39,013 nt of DNA, from assembly GCA_002499405.1 (NCBI GenBank), contig DALH01000018.1:1-39013 (forward strand), read 5' to 3'. The notes under the pieces were generated by a model. That model saw nothing but the letters and a program-made list of their open reading frames with translations, was not told where the DNA came from and did not search any database. Made by a program: the position numbers and the translations under genes. Source of the DNA: Candidatus Micrarchaeota archaeon UBA95 (GTDB taxonomy: Archaea; Micrarchaeota; Micrarchaeia; Norongarragalinales; Norongarragalinaceae). Below are positions 11,628 through 19,353 of this stretch, in pieces (position 1 is the first letter of the stretch; the number at the start of each line of letters is the position of its first letter).

Positions 11628-12284
11628 ATGAAGCGGGTTCCAACCGGCGTGCTCGGCTTGGACGAACTGATGGGGGGCGGCCTGCCCGAAAACAGCGTCA
11701 CCCTATTGGTCGGCGCAACCGGAACCGGCAAAACCGTTTTCGCAACCCAGTTCGCTTTCGAGGGCGCGCTTCGCGGCGAAAAAACAATTTTCGCGGGTTT
11801 CAACGAGTCCGCCCAAGAATTAAGGGAATCCGCGAACTCTTTCGGCTTCAACCCGACGCCCCTGGAAAAAAAAGGAAAACTGTTGTTGTTCGATTGCTCG
11901 GCGGCGCGCGCCGGCGCCTACCCCGAAGGCAAGGGCTTGAAGCCGCACGAGGAAGCCGAAAGCGCGATAATGCGGGAGTGCACTGCATTCAAGGCCCGCC
12001 AGCTCGTGATTGATTCCTTCACGCCGCTGGCGGGGGAACGACTACGCGAACAATTCCACAGCCTTTCAAGAAGAATGAAGTTAGCCGACTTAACCGTCCT
12101 CGTGGTCGCCGAACCGGATTGCGCCCCGGTTCACGAGGCGGACAACGTCATTTTTTTGGGGTGCGAAGACAAGCCCTGCCTGCGGATTTTGAAGTTGCGG
12201 GGTTCCTTGCACAGCACTCGAAGGCACCCTTACGCGATAACCTCTTCCGGGTTCGCAGTTCAACGCGCCGACTTCCAGTTCTAG
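11628..12284 (+). CDS. KaiC-like / RecA-superfamily single-domain ATPase
   Basis: 218 aa. GVLGLDELMGGGLPENSVTLLVGATGTGKT (Walker A) and C-terminal LKLRGSLHSTRRHPYAITSSG typical of archaeal KaiC-domain proteins. Confidence 0.85.
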   Translation: MKRVPTGVLGLDELMGGGLPENSVTLLVGATGTGKTVFATQFAFEGALRGEKTIFAGFNESAQELRESANSFGFNPTPLEKKGKLLLFDCSAARAGAYPEGKGLKPHEEAESAIMRECTAFKARQLVIDSFTPLAGERLREQFHSLSRRMKLADLTVLVVAEPDCAPVHEADNVIFLGCEDKPCLRILKLRGSLHSTRRHPYAITSSGFAVQRADFQF

Positions 12285-12648
12285 TTTCGTAGTCGCGTAT
12301 TGCGGCGTGCAGTGCCTGGTCCGCGAGGTTGGAGCAATGCATTTTTATCGGGGGCAGCCCGTTCAACGCCTCAGCTACGTCTTTCTTGGACAATCCGGCG
12401 GCTTCCTCCAGCGTCTTGCCCAAAGCGAGCCCGCAAATCATGTCCGTGGTGGCGATGGCCGAAGCGCAGCCGAACGTCTTGAACCGCAGGTCCTTGATCC
12501 GGTTGTTTTCAACCTTCAAGTAAATCGTGAGAAGGTCCCCGCACACCGGGTTTCCCGCGGTGCCCACGCCGTCCGCGTCCTCCAACTCGCCCGCATACCT
12601 CGGGTTCTCAAAGTGTTCAATCATTTTTTTCGAATACTTCAAACTCAT
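12148..12648 (-). CDS. iscU: Fe-S cluster scaffold IscU/NifU-like, with about 40-aa basic C-terminal extension
   Basis: Conserved Cys blocks NPVCGD, FGCASAIA and MHCSNLA. The ORF continues 137 nt antisense into the 3' end of the KaiC-like gene before reaching a stop. Confidence 0.85.
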   Translation of the reverse strand: MSLKYSKKMIEHFENPRYAGELEDADGVGTAGNPVCGDLLTIYLKVENNRIKDLRFKTFGCASAIATTDMICGLALGKTLEEAAGLSKKDVAEALNGLPPIKMHCSNLADQALHAAIRDYETRTGSRRVELRTRKRLSRKGAFECCARNPATSKSAGRACLRTPKK

Positions 12649-13829
12649 TTGCTTACACCCGTCAAAGTCCGGTACGCAGACGCGTTTTCCGCGTTCAACG
12701 AACTTATTTTCCTCAAGGCGGCTATTGTTTTCGGCAGGACCGAAACAACGTAATCCACTTCCTTCTCAGTAGTGAACTTGCTCAACGTCAGCCTCAACGA
12801 GCCGTGCGCCTTCACGTGCGACAAACCCATTGCGAGCAATACGTGGGACGGTTCCAGGGACTGGCTTGAACAAGCGCTCCCGGTGGAGGCAGCCACGCCG
12901 CGCGCGTCAAGGCGCAACACTAGTGCCTCTCCTTCCACGAAGTCGAACCCCAAGTGCGCGTTGTTCGGCAACCGCTTCTTTGCGTGGCCGTTCAACCACG
13001 AGTCCGGTATTTCAAGCGCGCGGCGAATGAGTTTGTCCCTCAAGCGAGTCATCTTCCTCGCATTTCCCTTCAAATACTTTTGCGAAAGAAAAACCGCCTC
13101 GCCGAAACCCACTATGCCTGGAACGTTTTCCGTGCCTGCGCGCTTCCCGAACTCGTGCAAACCTCCCGTGATTAAGGGGGACAAGGGAACGCCTTCGCGC
13201 ACGAAGAGCGCGCCCACGCCCTTGGGCCCGTGAATCTTGTGAGAGGAAACTGTTATCAGGTCGGCGTGCTTCGCGGACACGGGAATCTTTCCAAAGGACT
13301 GGACCGCGTCCGTGTGGAAGAGCGCTCCGGCGTCCCGGCAGATTCCCGCGATTTCTTGCAACGGTTGAACGGTGCCAACTTCGTTGTTCGCATGCATCAC
13401 CGAGACGAGCGCCGTCCGCTTGGACACCGCTTTTTCCAGCTCCCCAAAATCAATCATTCCGTCGCCGTCAACGCCCACGCGCTTCACCTTGACGCCGGCG
13501 CGCTCCAGCGCCTCCGCAGTGCGCAGGACCGCGGGGTGCTCTATTTCGCTGACCACCAGCTCGCTCCGCTTTGTTGACGCGGCGAGAACCCCCCGCAATG
13601 CCAGGTTGTCTGCTTCGCTGCCGCTCCCCGTGAAAACGATTTCGCGCGGGCCTGCCGACAACGCCTTCGCAATTGTTTCGCGCGCCTCATCCACCGCTTC
13701 TTCCGCCTCCCTCCCGAAAGCGTGCAGAGAGGAGGGGTTGCCGTACTTCCCCAAATAATATGGAAGCATTTTTTTGACCGCGCGGGGGTCGGTCATTGTA
13801 GTGGCGGCGTTGTCCAGGTAAACCCTCAT
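12645..13829 (-). CDS. iscS: Cysteine desulfurase (IscS/NifS class)
   Basis: Internal ATG 13829 of ORF 12645..14084 gives MRVYLDNAATT. PLP-lysine block SSHKIHGPKG and active-site loop STGSACSS. ATGA overlaps with the upstream PadR stop and the downstream iscU start. Confidence 0.93.
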   Translation of the reverse strand: MRVYLDNAATTMTDPRAVKKMLPYYLGKYGNPSSLHAFGREAEEAVDEARETIAKALSAGPREIVFTGSGSEADNLALRGVLAASTKRSELVVSEIEHPAVLRTAEALERAGVKVKRVGVDGDGMIDFGELEKAVSKRTALVSVMHANNEVGTVQPLQEIAGICRDAGALFHTDAVQSFGKIPVSAKHADLITVSSHKIHGPKGVGALFVREGVPLSPLITGGLHEFGKRAGTENVPGIVGFGEAVFLSQKYLKGNARKMTRLRDKLIRRALEIPDSWLNGHAKKRLPNNAHLGFDFVEGEALVLRLDARGVAASTGSACSSQSLEPSHVLLAMGLSHVKAHGSLRLTLSKFTTEKEVDYVVSVLPKTIAALRKISSLNAENASAYRTLTGVSK

Positions 13830-14179
13830 TTTCCGCACCCGCAAAGGGAACACTTGTAATCCGTTATCACGCCGGCAAACGTTTTCAGGAACTCCAAACA
13901 GTTTCGCTTCAACTCGCGTTTCCCCAGCGCCGTGACAACGTAAAATTTTTTGCCGCGCGTTCCCTTTCCGGAAACGCGGATGAGTTCCCTGCGCATCAGG
14001 CCCGCAAGCACGGGATAAAGCACGCCTTGCGTGATGCTCGTCTTCTTCAATGCGTTGAGTTCCTTCATCAACTCGTAGCCGCACGACTTTTTCTTGGATA
14101 AGAGCCAGAGGACCTGAAGCTGGAGCAAACCCAAATCAACGTTTCGCCCGACCGACATGTAGGTATTGCGACACGTCAC
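13826..14179 (-). CDS. PadR-family winged-helix transcriptional regulator with C-terminal Cys cluster
   Basis: 117 aa. LQLQVLWLLSKKKSCGYELMKEL...GVLYPVLAGLMRRELI; C-terminal CSLCGCGK. First gene of the padR-iscS-iscU operon. Confidence 0.8.
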   Translation of the reverse strand: MTCRNTYMSVGRNVDLGLLQLQVLWLLSKKKSCGYELMKELNALKKTSITQGVLYPVLAGLMRRELIRVSGKGTRGKKFYVVTALGKRELKRNCLEFLKTFAGVITDYKCSLCGCGK

Positions 14180-14201
14180 CTATTTAACGTTTCGGGTTTA
14201 A

Positions 14202-14272
14202 AGCAGGGCGGGGGAGTCGAACCCCCTTATCTCGCTCTGCAGGCGAGCACGTGGCCGTTCCGTCAGCCCTGC
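14202..14272 (-). tRNA. tRNA-Cys (GCA)
   Basis: Manual fold: acceptor GCAGGGC/GCCCTGC, anticodon stem CTCGC/GCGAG with loop CTGCAGA (anticodon GCA), T arm GGGGG-TTCGACT-CCCCC, discriminator U73. No encoded CCA. Confidence 0.85.
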
Positions 14273-14276
14273 GGCG

Positions 14277-15065
14277 CTAAACGTTTTGGTCTGGTTTATT
14301 GAAAAAGTTTCGCACCCGGACGCGCAACGAATTGAATTCCAGGAGGCCCCGATAAACCGCGTCCTTCTTGAAGGCGAGCAGGTATGCGGCTGCGAACAAC
14401 GCACCATAGGCGTGGACGAATAAATCCGTGTGCGTTGCGTGCTCGCGTTCCTGTCCCTCCGCCACCACGCGCACCTTTTCCTCTGTTTTCTCCAGGCCTT
14501 GGCGGGCCGCTTCGGCTTCCTCGGTCAGACCCGCGTTCTCAAACGCGGTTATTTGCTCCTTCAACGCGCTGGTCTCGCTTGCAAAGCTTTCCGCCTGCTG
14601 CTGATTCATAGCGGTCACCAACGGGAAAATCGCGGCGTAGGTTATGAGCGGCGCGGCAATCAAAAGGGGAATCGCCCGGGAAGGGTTGAGCATCATCGCC
14701 GCCGCCATCACGCCACTCAGCCCCGCGCTGGCTCCAATGAGAAAGGAGGATGGATTTATCAATGAAAACATTGCGCTGGCGAAAAAGCCCGAGAACAAAA
14801 AGAGCGAGATGGTGTCAAGCCACGACAGGGACTGCTCCAACAGGAAGATAAAGAGCAACAAAGGCAGCAGGTTGCCCAACAAATGGTATGCCCCAACGTG
14901 ATAAAACATGTGGGAGAACAGCGCTCCGGCTTGGTTGAAAGAGAATGCATTTTCGGAGATGACTTCGTTGGGGAGGTAAAGCGTCCCTTGGGACTGAAAG
15001 AAGTAGGGGGCGAGTATTGCCGCCGCCAAGACGAGGGTTGCAATCGGGAAACGCATGAAGAACAA
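14277..15065 (-). CDS. Rhomboid family intramembrane serine protease
   Basis: 262 aa, polytopic. HVGAYHLLGN (HxxxN) and GASAGLSG (GxSxG catalytic Ser) motifs; C-terminal coiled-coil-like extension. Confidence 0.85.
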   Translation of the reverse strand: MFFMRFPIATLVLAAAILAPYFFQSQGTLYLPNEVISENAFSFNQAGALFSHMFYHVGAYHLLGNLLPLLLFIFLLEQSLSWLDTISLFLFSGFFASAMFSLINPSSFLIGASAGLSGVMAAAMMLNPSRAIPLLIAAPLITYAAIFPLVTAMNQQQAESFASETSALKEQITAFENAGLTEEAEAARQGLEKTEEKVRVVAEGQEREHATHTDLFVHAYGALFAAAYLLAFKKDAVYRGLLEFNSLRVRVRNFFNKPDQNV

Positions 15066-15247
15066 ACGGCGTAAAACAATTTATACGGTTAAGTATTGGG
15101 AGCAGAGATGAAAGAGAATTAGGCCGGCTCTTTGGGAGCCAGCAAGGCGACCATTTCAACCCACCTATACAGAATACGCATTAAGGAATCCCTGCAAGTA
15201 AATAAAAGGATTACGAACTACCAGAACCGAGTAATTCCGCTTTTAAG

Positions 15248-15434
15248 CGGGCCCAGAGGGACGGTCGCAACCTTTCTTTTTTCATCAATGCCTAGCAAAC
15301 GCTTCCGCGTTTGCAGGCACGCGAACCACAACGGTTCGCCGTGTTTTTTCTTTCACGAAAGAAAAAAGATTGTTTCGAACCCTCGACACCTCGGTTAAGA
15401 GCCGAGTGCTCTGACCAGGCTGAGCTATGGGCCC
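15248..15434 (-). tRNA. tRNA-Lys (CUU) interrupted by a 112-nt intron in the T-loop (between positions 59 and 60)
   Basis: 5' exon (15434..15374): GGGCCCA TA GCTC AGCCTGGTCA GAGC A CTCGG CTCTTAA CCGAG GTGTC GAGGG TTCGAA. 3' exon (15261..15248): T CCCTC TGGGCCC G. The 3' exon completes the T stem (GAGGG/CCCTC) and a perfect 7-bp acceptor stem. No T-stem complement lies directly after the T-loop. Confidence 0.85.
15262..15373 (-). other. tRNA-Lys intron (non-canonical position), highly structured
   Basis: Three hairpins on the minus strand: TTTTTTCTTTC-GT-GAAAGAAAAAA, GCGAACC-GTTGT-GGTTCGC, and GCAAACGC-GGAA-GCGTTTGC. The boundary is ambiguous by 1 nt (59/60 versus 60/61). Confidence 0.75.
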
Positions 15435-15471
15435 GCGGAAGGTTTTTGGACTTGCGTGATTTAAGATTGTT

Positions 15472-15987
15472 ATGGTTGTAGCCGTTGCGCGGTTGGGCCA
15501 CCGCTCCAAGCGCGACAAGAGGTTGAGTACGCATTGCGCATTGATTGCGCGCGCCTTTGGAGCCGAGCGAATGGTTTACTTCGGTGAAAAGGACGCCGTA
15601 TTGGAGGCCAGCGTTCGGGGCGTTGTTTCGCGTTGGGGCGGCTCGTTTGAAATCGAGCACGGCAACTCGTGGAAACGCCTCTTCAACGAAGAAAAAAAAC
15701 GGGGAACAAAAATAGTTCACCTGACCATGTACGGCTTGCCCTACAAGCGCGTGTTGCAATCGGTCAAGGGGAAGCGCCTGCTCGTGGTCATCGGTTCCAA
15801 AAAGGTTCCACGCGGGATTTACGGGGAAGCGAACTACAACTGTTCAATCACCAACCAACCGCACTCCGAAGCCGGGGCGCTCGCCGTGTTTCTGGAAGGC
15901 CTGGGTTTGCAGTCGCGCTTCAGGGGGGCGAAATTGAGGTTGAAACCCTCTGCAAGAGGCAAACGTTTCACGACTAAATATAAATAG
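15472..15987 (+). CDS. trm56: tRNA (cytidine56-2'-O)-methyltransferase aTrm56 (SPOUT)
   Basis: 171 aa. VARLGHRSKRDKRLSTHCALIARAFGA...VSRWGGSFEIE...IVHLTMYG is typical of the archaeal Trm56 family. Confidence 0.85.
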   Translation: MVVAVARLGHRSKRDKRLSTHCALIARAFGAERMVYFGEKDAVLEASVRGVVSRWGGSFEIEHGNSWKRLFNEEKKRGTKIVHLTMYGLPYKRVLQSVKGKRLLVVIGSKKVPRGIYGEANYNCSITNQPHSEAGALAVFLEGLGLQSRFRGAKLRLKPSARGKRFTTKYK

Positions 15988-16003
15988 TTATCTGACCAGA
16001 ATA

Positions 16004-16540
16004 ATGTTCATGCCGGAAGGTAAGTCGTTGAGGGGGCTCTATTCTTTTGTCAGCGAGCGCACTGGCGGCGATGGTTTGAAGGTCTTGAAGGCCCTCGGCG
16101 ACGGCGCGACCGATGACGTCATAGAGCAAAAAACCAGTTTCAAGGTTTCCAACATCCGGCACTTGTTGAACGTGTTGCACGAAAACGGCATCGTGAACTA
16201 CACGCGCGAGAAAAACATGCAGACGGGCTGGTTCACGTACACGTGGTATTTCGACGTGGATCGGACAACTCAAAACCTGTTGCGCGCGAAGCGAAGGCAA
16301 CTCGCGGGCCTGAAGGTCCGCCTCACCAAAGAGGAGACAAAGGATTTTTATCAGTGCAACAAGAAATGCCGGCCGCACGGTTTCGAGGAGGCGTTCGACA
16401 ACAGCTTCAAATGTTTGGAGTGCGGCTGCAGGTTGAAGCCGGAAAAGGACTCACACAAGGAAAAACGCTTAAACGAATTAAACGAGCAAATCAACTCTTT
16501 GCAACAACTGCTCGGCAACTTTGAGTCGAACGAGTTATAA
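16004..16540 (+). CDS. tfe: Transcription factor E (TFE alpha, TFIIE-alpha homologue)
   Basis: 178 aa. N-terminal winged helix (DDVIEQKTSFKVSNIRHLLNVLHENGIV), zinc ribbon CNKKC...CLECGC, C-terminal coiled coil. Confidence 0.85.
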   Translation: MFMPEGKSLRGLYSFVSERTGGDGLKVLKALGDGATDDVIEQKTSFKVSNIRHLLNVLHENGIVNYTREKNMQTGWFTYTWYFDVDRTTQNLLRAKRRQLAGLKVRLTKEETKDFYQCNKKCRPHGFEEAFDNSFKCLECGCRLKPEKDSHKEKRLNELNEQINSLQQLLGNFESNEL

Positions 16541-16569
16541 ACGCGAAAACGCAAATTCTTCCTGTTTTT

Positions 16570-16644
16570 AGCGGGGTAGGGTAGCCAGGAGTGCCCGCTG
16601 GGCTCATAACCCGGAGATCGGAGGTTCAAATCCTCTCCCCGCTA
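16570..16644 (+). tRNA. Initiator tRNA-Met (CAU)
   Basis: AGCGGGG TA GGGT AGCCAGGAGT GCCC G CTGGG CTCATAA CCCGG AGATC GGAGG TTCAAAT CCTCT CCCCGCT A. A1:U72 pair and three G:C pairs at the base of the anticodon stem are archaeal initiator features. Confidence 0.92.
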
Positions 16645-16974
16645 TTTGTAGGGGCTGTGGCTCCTCTTGTAAGAATAGTGCCCGTATTTGGGCTTCTCCG
16701 GTTCGGCTGGTTCTTCTTCCTCCTCTACGGACGTCGAAGACGAGACCAGAATGATTTTTTCGGCGGCTTTAACGCTCTTGTAGAGAATCGTTTTCTCGCG
16801 GAAGATTTTTCGCGCCTCATCCTTGCTCGTAGCCCTGATGGGTTCCAATGTCAAGCGAACGACCTCGCCTTTCTGCAGATCTATGATGACATCGTAGACC
16901 TTGCCCAACTGGTCCGCGGAATCCGTGTAAATGTCCATGCCTATGAGCTGTGAAACCTTCAACAATTCAATCAA
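16642..16974 (-). CDS. PRC-barrel domain protein with acidic C-terminal tail
   Basis: 110 aa. LIGMDIYTDSADQLGKVYDVIIDLQKGEVV is PRC-barrel-like; SVEEEEEPAEPEKP tail. 3-nt overlap with the tRNA 3' end. Confidence 0.7.
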   Translation of the reverse strand: MIELLKVSQLIGMDIYTDSADQLGKVYDVIIDLQKGEVVRLTLEPIRATSKDEARKIFREKTILYKSVKAAEKIILVSSSTSVEEEEEPAEPEKPKYGHYSYKRSHSPYK

Positions 16975-17009
16975 CCTCTACTAAACCATTGAAACCGTAA
17001 TTAAATACT

Positions 17010-17411
17010 TTATGCAACGCGTATTAACAACCGTTTTCTCGACTCGTTGAGCACGTGACCATAATCCCTGTAATGCGACACCGCGGTCAGGAACAGGGGG
17101 TAGCCGCCCGGCGTCGTGCGCGGCGAAGACCAAACCTTCAAGTGAATTGAGCGCTTTTCGCCGGGTTCAAGGACTCCTAGACGGGTTTCCTTCTGGTTGG
17201 ATAAAAGGTTGGATTCAAAACCCAGCTTTTTTGAAGTGAACGCAACCAGGGACGTGAGCATGGGCTGATCGCTGTTGTTCGTCAAATAAACCGACAACAA
17301 AAGGTAGTCGTTCTTGTACGGCCTCAAACTCAATGGGTGCACCGAATAGTCAATTGAGTAATTGGATTGCGCTAGAACCGGTTTCTTGCCAAACAAATCA
17401 AACAACGCCAT
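17010..17411 (-). CDS. Hypothetical protein
   Basis: 133-aa ORF with protein-like composition and no competing ORF. No motif recognised. Confidence 0.55.
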   Translation of the reverse strand: MALFDLFGKKPVLAQSNYSIDYSVHPLSLRPYKNDYLLLSVYLTNNSDQPMLTSLVAFTSKKLGFESNLLSNQKETRLGVLEPGEKRSIHLKVWSSPRTTPGGYPLFLTAVSHYRDYGHVLNESRKRLLIRVA

Positions 17412-17514
17412 TTTACGCTAGAAAGAGTCCCACGCAAAATAAAAGCGTTCCCAAATCACTGACCCCCCTCACTTCTACTATTCACTATTCGGCACGATCG
17501 GGTTTTGGACGGGT

Positions 17515-18048
17515 TTAGGGCCGGGTTTGATTTTGAAAAGAACCAGAGTAGGCGGCGCCCCCGGTTGCCCCCATGAAAACGAGTTGACAAATCCTGGTTC
17601 CAGGAACCAACTCCAATTCGTTCGGCGAAGCATTGAATATTTCCAATACCTGGTGGTTGTTTGAACCCGGTTGAACCAGTCCAGAACTCACGTGAACAAA
17701 CAATCCGCTTCTTGCGAAGCGACTCCTTCCCTCTATAAAAGCGCACAAGGAATCAGTCAACTTCAATTGTTCTAAGGTTACTCCCAACACTAGTTGCCCG
17801 GGTTTTAATGGAAGAGCTTCCCCGCACTCTAACTTCCTAGTATGGTAGTATTCTTTTGAATAAGAGAATTCGTCATCCAAACGCGTTTTTCTATTTGTTT
17901 TTCTGTAAACCCTGAACTCGTTTCCCAAGCGGAAGTCAATTGAACAAGGACCAACCAACGACTCATCAAAAGGAGTTATTATTATCTCCTTGTTCTGAAT
18001 TGCTTCAAGCAAAGCCGCCCTAGACAAAATCATGAATTCATTACGCAA
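17515..18048 (-). CDS. dcd: dCTP deaminase / dUTPase-fold protein
   Basis: 177 aa. IITPFDESLVGPCSIDFRLGNEFRVY...GLFVHVSSGLVQPGS is typical of Dcd. The gene is visibly AT-richer than its neighbours. Confidence 0.88.
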   Translation of the reverse strand: MRNEFMILSRAALLEAIQNKEIIITPFDESLVGPCSIDFRLGNEFRVYRKTNRKTRLDDEFSYSKEYYHTRKLECGEALPLKPGQLVLGVTLEQLKLTDSLCAFIEGRSRFARSGLFVHVSSGLVQPGSNNHQVLEIFNASPNELELVPGTRICQLVFMGATGGAAYSGSFQNQTRP

Positions 18049-18138
18049 ACGTTTATTTTATTTGTCGCGTATTCAAATGAATGCGCAAACTGGAGCAGCG
18101 CACGCGAGAATAGTGGAAGTGAAGGGGGAGTCCATTGA

Positions 18139-19353
18139 ATGATTGGACGTGTTTTTGCAAGGGAGTTGCTTGACTCGCGTGGAAACCCGACCGTGGAATG
18201 TGAGCTGCAAACCAACAAAGGGGTTTTCCGTGCGATGGTACCCAGCGGCGCTTCCACCGGAACGCACGAAGCACTTGAACTCCGCGACGGCGGAAACCGC
18301 TATCACGGCCAGGGAGTGCAAAAAGCGGTGAAAAACGTCAACGACGTCCTCGCGCCCCTCGTCCTGGGAAAAGAGCCTCGTCAAGCCCTCGACCAAAAAC
18401 TATTGCAAGCCGACGGCACGCCCAATAAGCGCAGACTAGGCGCAAATGCAATCCTCTCAATCAGCATGGCAATCTCGCGCGCTGCCGCGGCAGACCAGGA
18501 AAAAACCCTGTACGAATACGTTTCCCGATTGTCTGGGCGAAAGCCCTCGATGCCGGCAATAGCTGCGAACGTCGTCAACGGCGGCATGCACGCCGGCAAC
18601 GCCCTAAAGATACAGGAATACCTGATTATTCCCAAGGGCGCGTCTTCGTTTACGGACGGGGCGCGCATGGTTTCAGAGACGTACCACGAGCTCAAAAAAA
18701 TTTTGAAGGAAAAATACGGCCCCGAAGCAATCAATGTTGGAGACGAAGGAGGTTTTGCGCCACCCCTGTCCGACAACTGCGAACCCTTTGAACTCATCAG
18801 CCAGGCGATTGAGGAGTGCGGCTACGCCAAAAAAATATTTTTCGGGCTGGACGCGGCAGCAACAAACTTTTATGAAAAAAACAAGTACGTTCTTGACAAG
18901 GAGTATTCGGGGCGGGAACTCGTAGACTACTACCTGGGCCTAGCCAAAACATACCCTATCCTGTGGGTAGAGGACCCGTTTGCAGAAGACGATTTTGAAT
19001 CATTCGCCGCCCTCACCTCAAAAGCCAAGTTCGCGGTGGTGGGAGACGACCTGGTCGTAACCAACCCCAAACGCATCAAGACCGCCATTCAAAAAAAGGC
19101 GTGCAACTGCCTCCTCGTGAAGTTGAATCAAATCGGCACGGTAAGCGAGGCGATTAATGCCGTGAAAACCGCGCGTTCGGCCGGCTGGACCACAATGGTC
19201 TCGCATCGTTCGGGGGAGACGGAGGACGCGTTTCTGGCGGACTTCGCGGTAGGCGTGGGCAGCGAATACGTGAAAATAGGTGCGCCCGCGCGCAGCGACC
19301 GCACCGCAAAATACAACCAGTTGATGCGCTTGGAGGAGCAACTCACCGCCTAG
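18139..19353 (+). CDS. eno: Enolase
   Basis: 404 aa. ARELLDSRGNPTVECEL, GASTGTHEA, VGDDLVVTNP, SHRSGETED blocks. Confidence 0.97.
   Translation: MIGRVFARELLDSRGNPTVECELQTNKGVFRAMVPSGASTGTHEALELRDGGNRYHGQGVQKAVKNVNDVLAPLVLGKEPRQALDQKLLQADGTPNKRRLGANAILSISMAISRAAAADQEKTLYEYVSRLSGRKPSMPAIAANVVNGGMHAGNALKIQEYLIIPKGASSFTDGARMVSETYHELKKILKEKYGPEAINVGDEGGFAPPLSDNCEPFELISQAIEECGYAKKIFFGLDAAATNFYEKNKYVLDKEYSGRELVDYYLGLAKTYPILWVEDPFAEDDFESFAALTSKAKFAVVGDDLVVTNPKRIKTAIQKKACNCLLVKLNQIGTVSEAINAVKTARSAGWTTMVSHRSGETEDAFLADFAVGVGSEYVKIGAPARSDRTAKYNQLMRLEEQLTA

Noticed and set aside
13830-14084. 85-codon N-terminal extension of the IscS ORF
   Set aside because: It overlaps the PadR gene in another frame. 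The conserved NifS N-terminus MRVYLDNAATT starts at 13829 with an ATGA overlap to the PadR stop.
15262-15373. C/D box sRNA inside the tRNA-Lys intron (TGATGA present near the intron 3' end)
   Set aside because: The C-box-like TGATGA is at the wrong end. No CUGA D box and no terminal kink-turn pairing could be found, so the hairpins are reported as structure only.
15132-15759. ORFs 15132..15398 (+), 15285..15518 (-) and 15292..15759 (-)
   Set aside because: They overlap the tRNA-Lys gene, its intron and the conserved trm56 gene. Their compositions are not protein-like.
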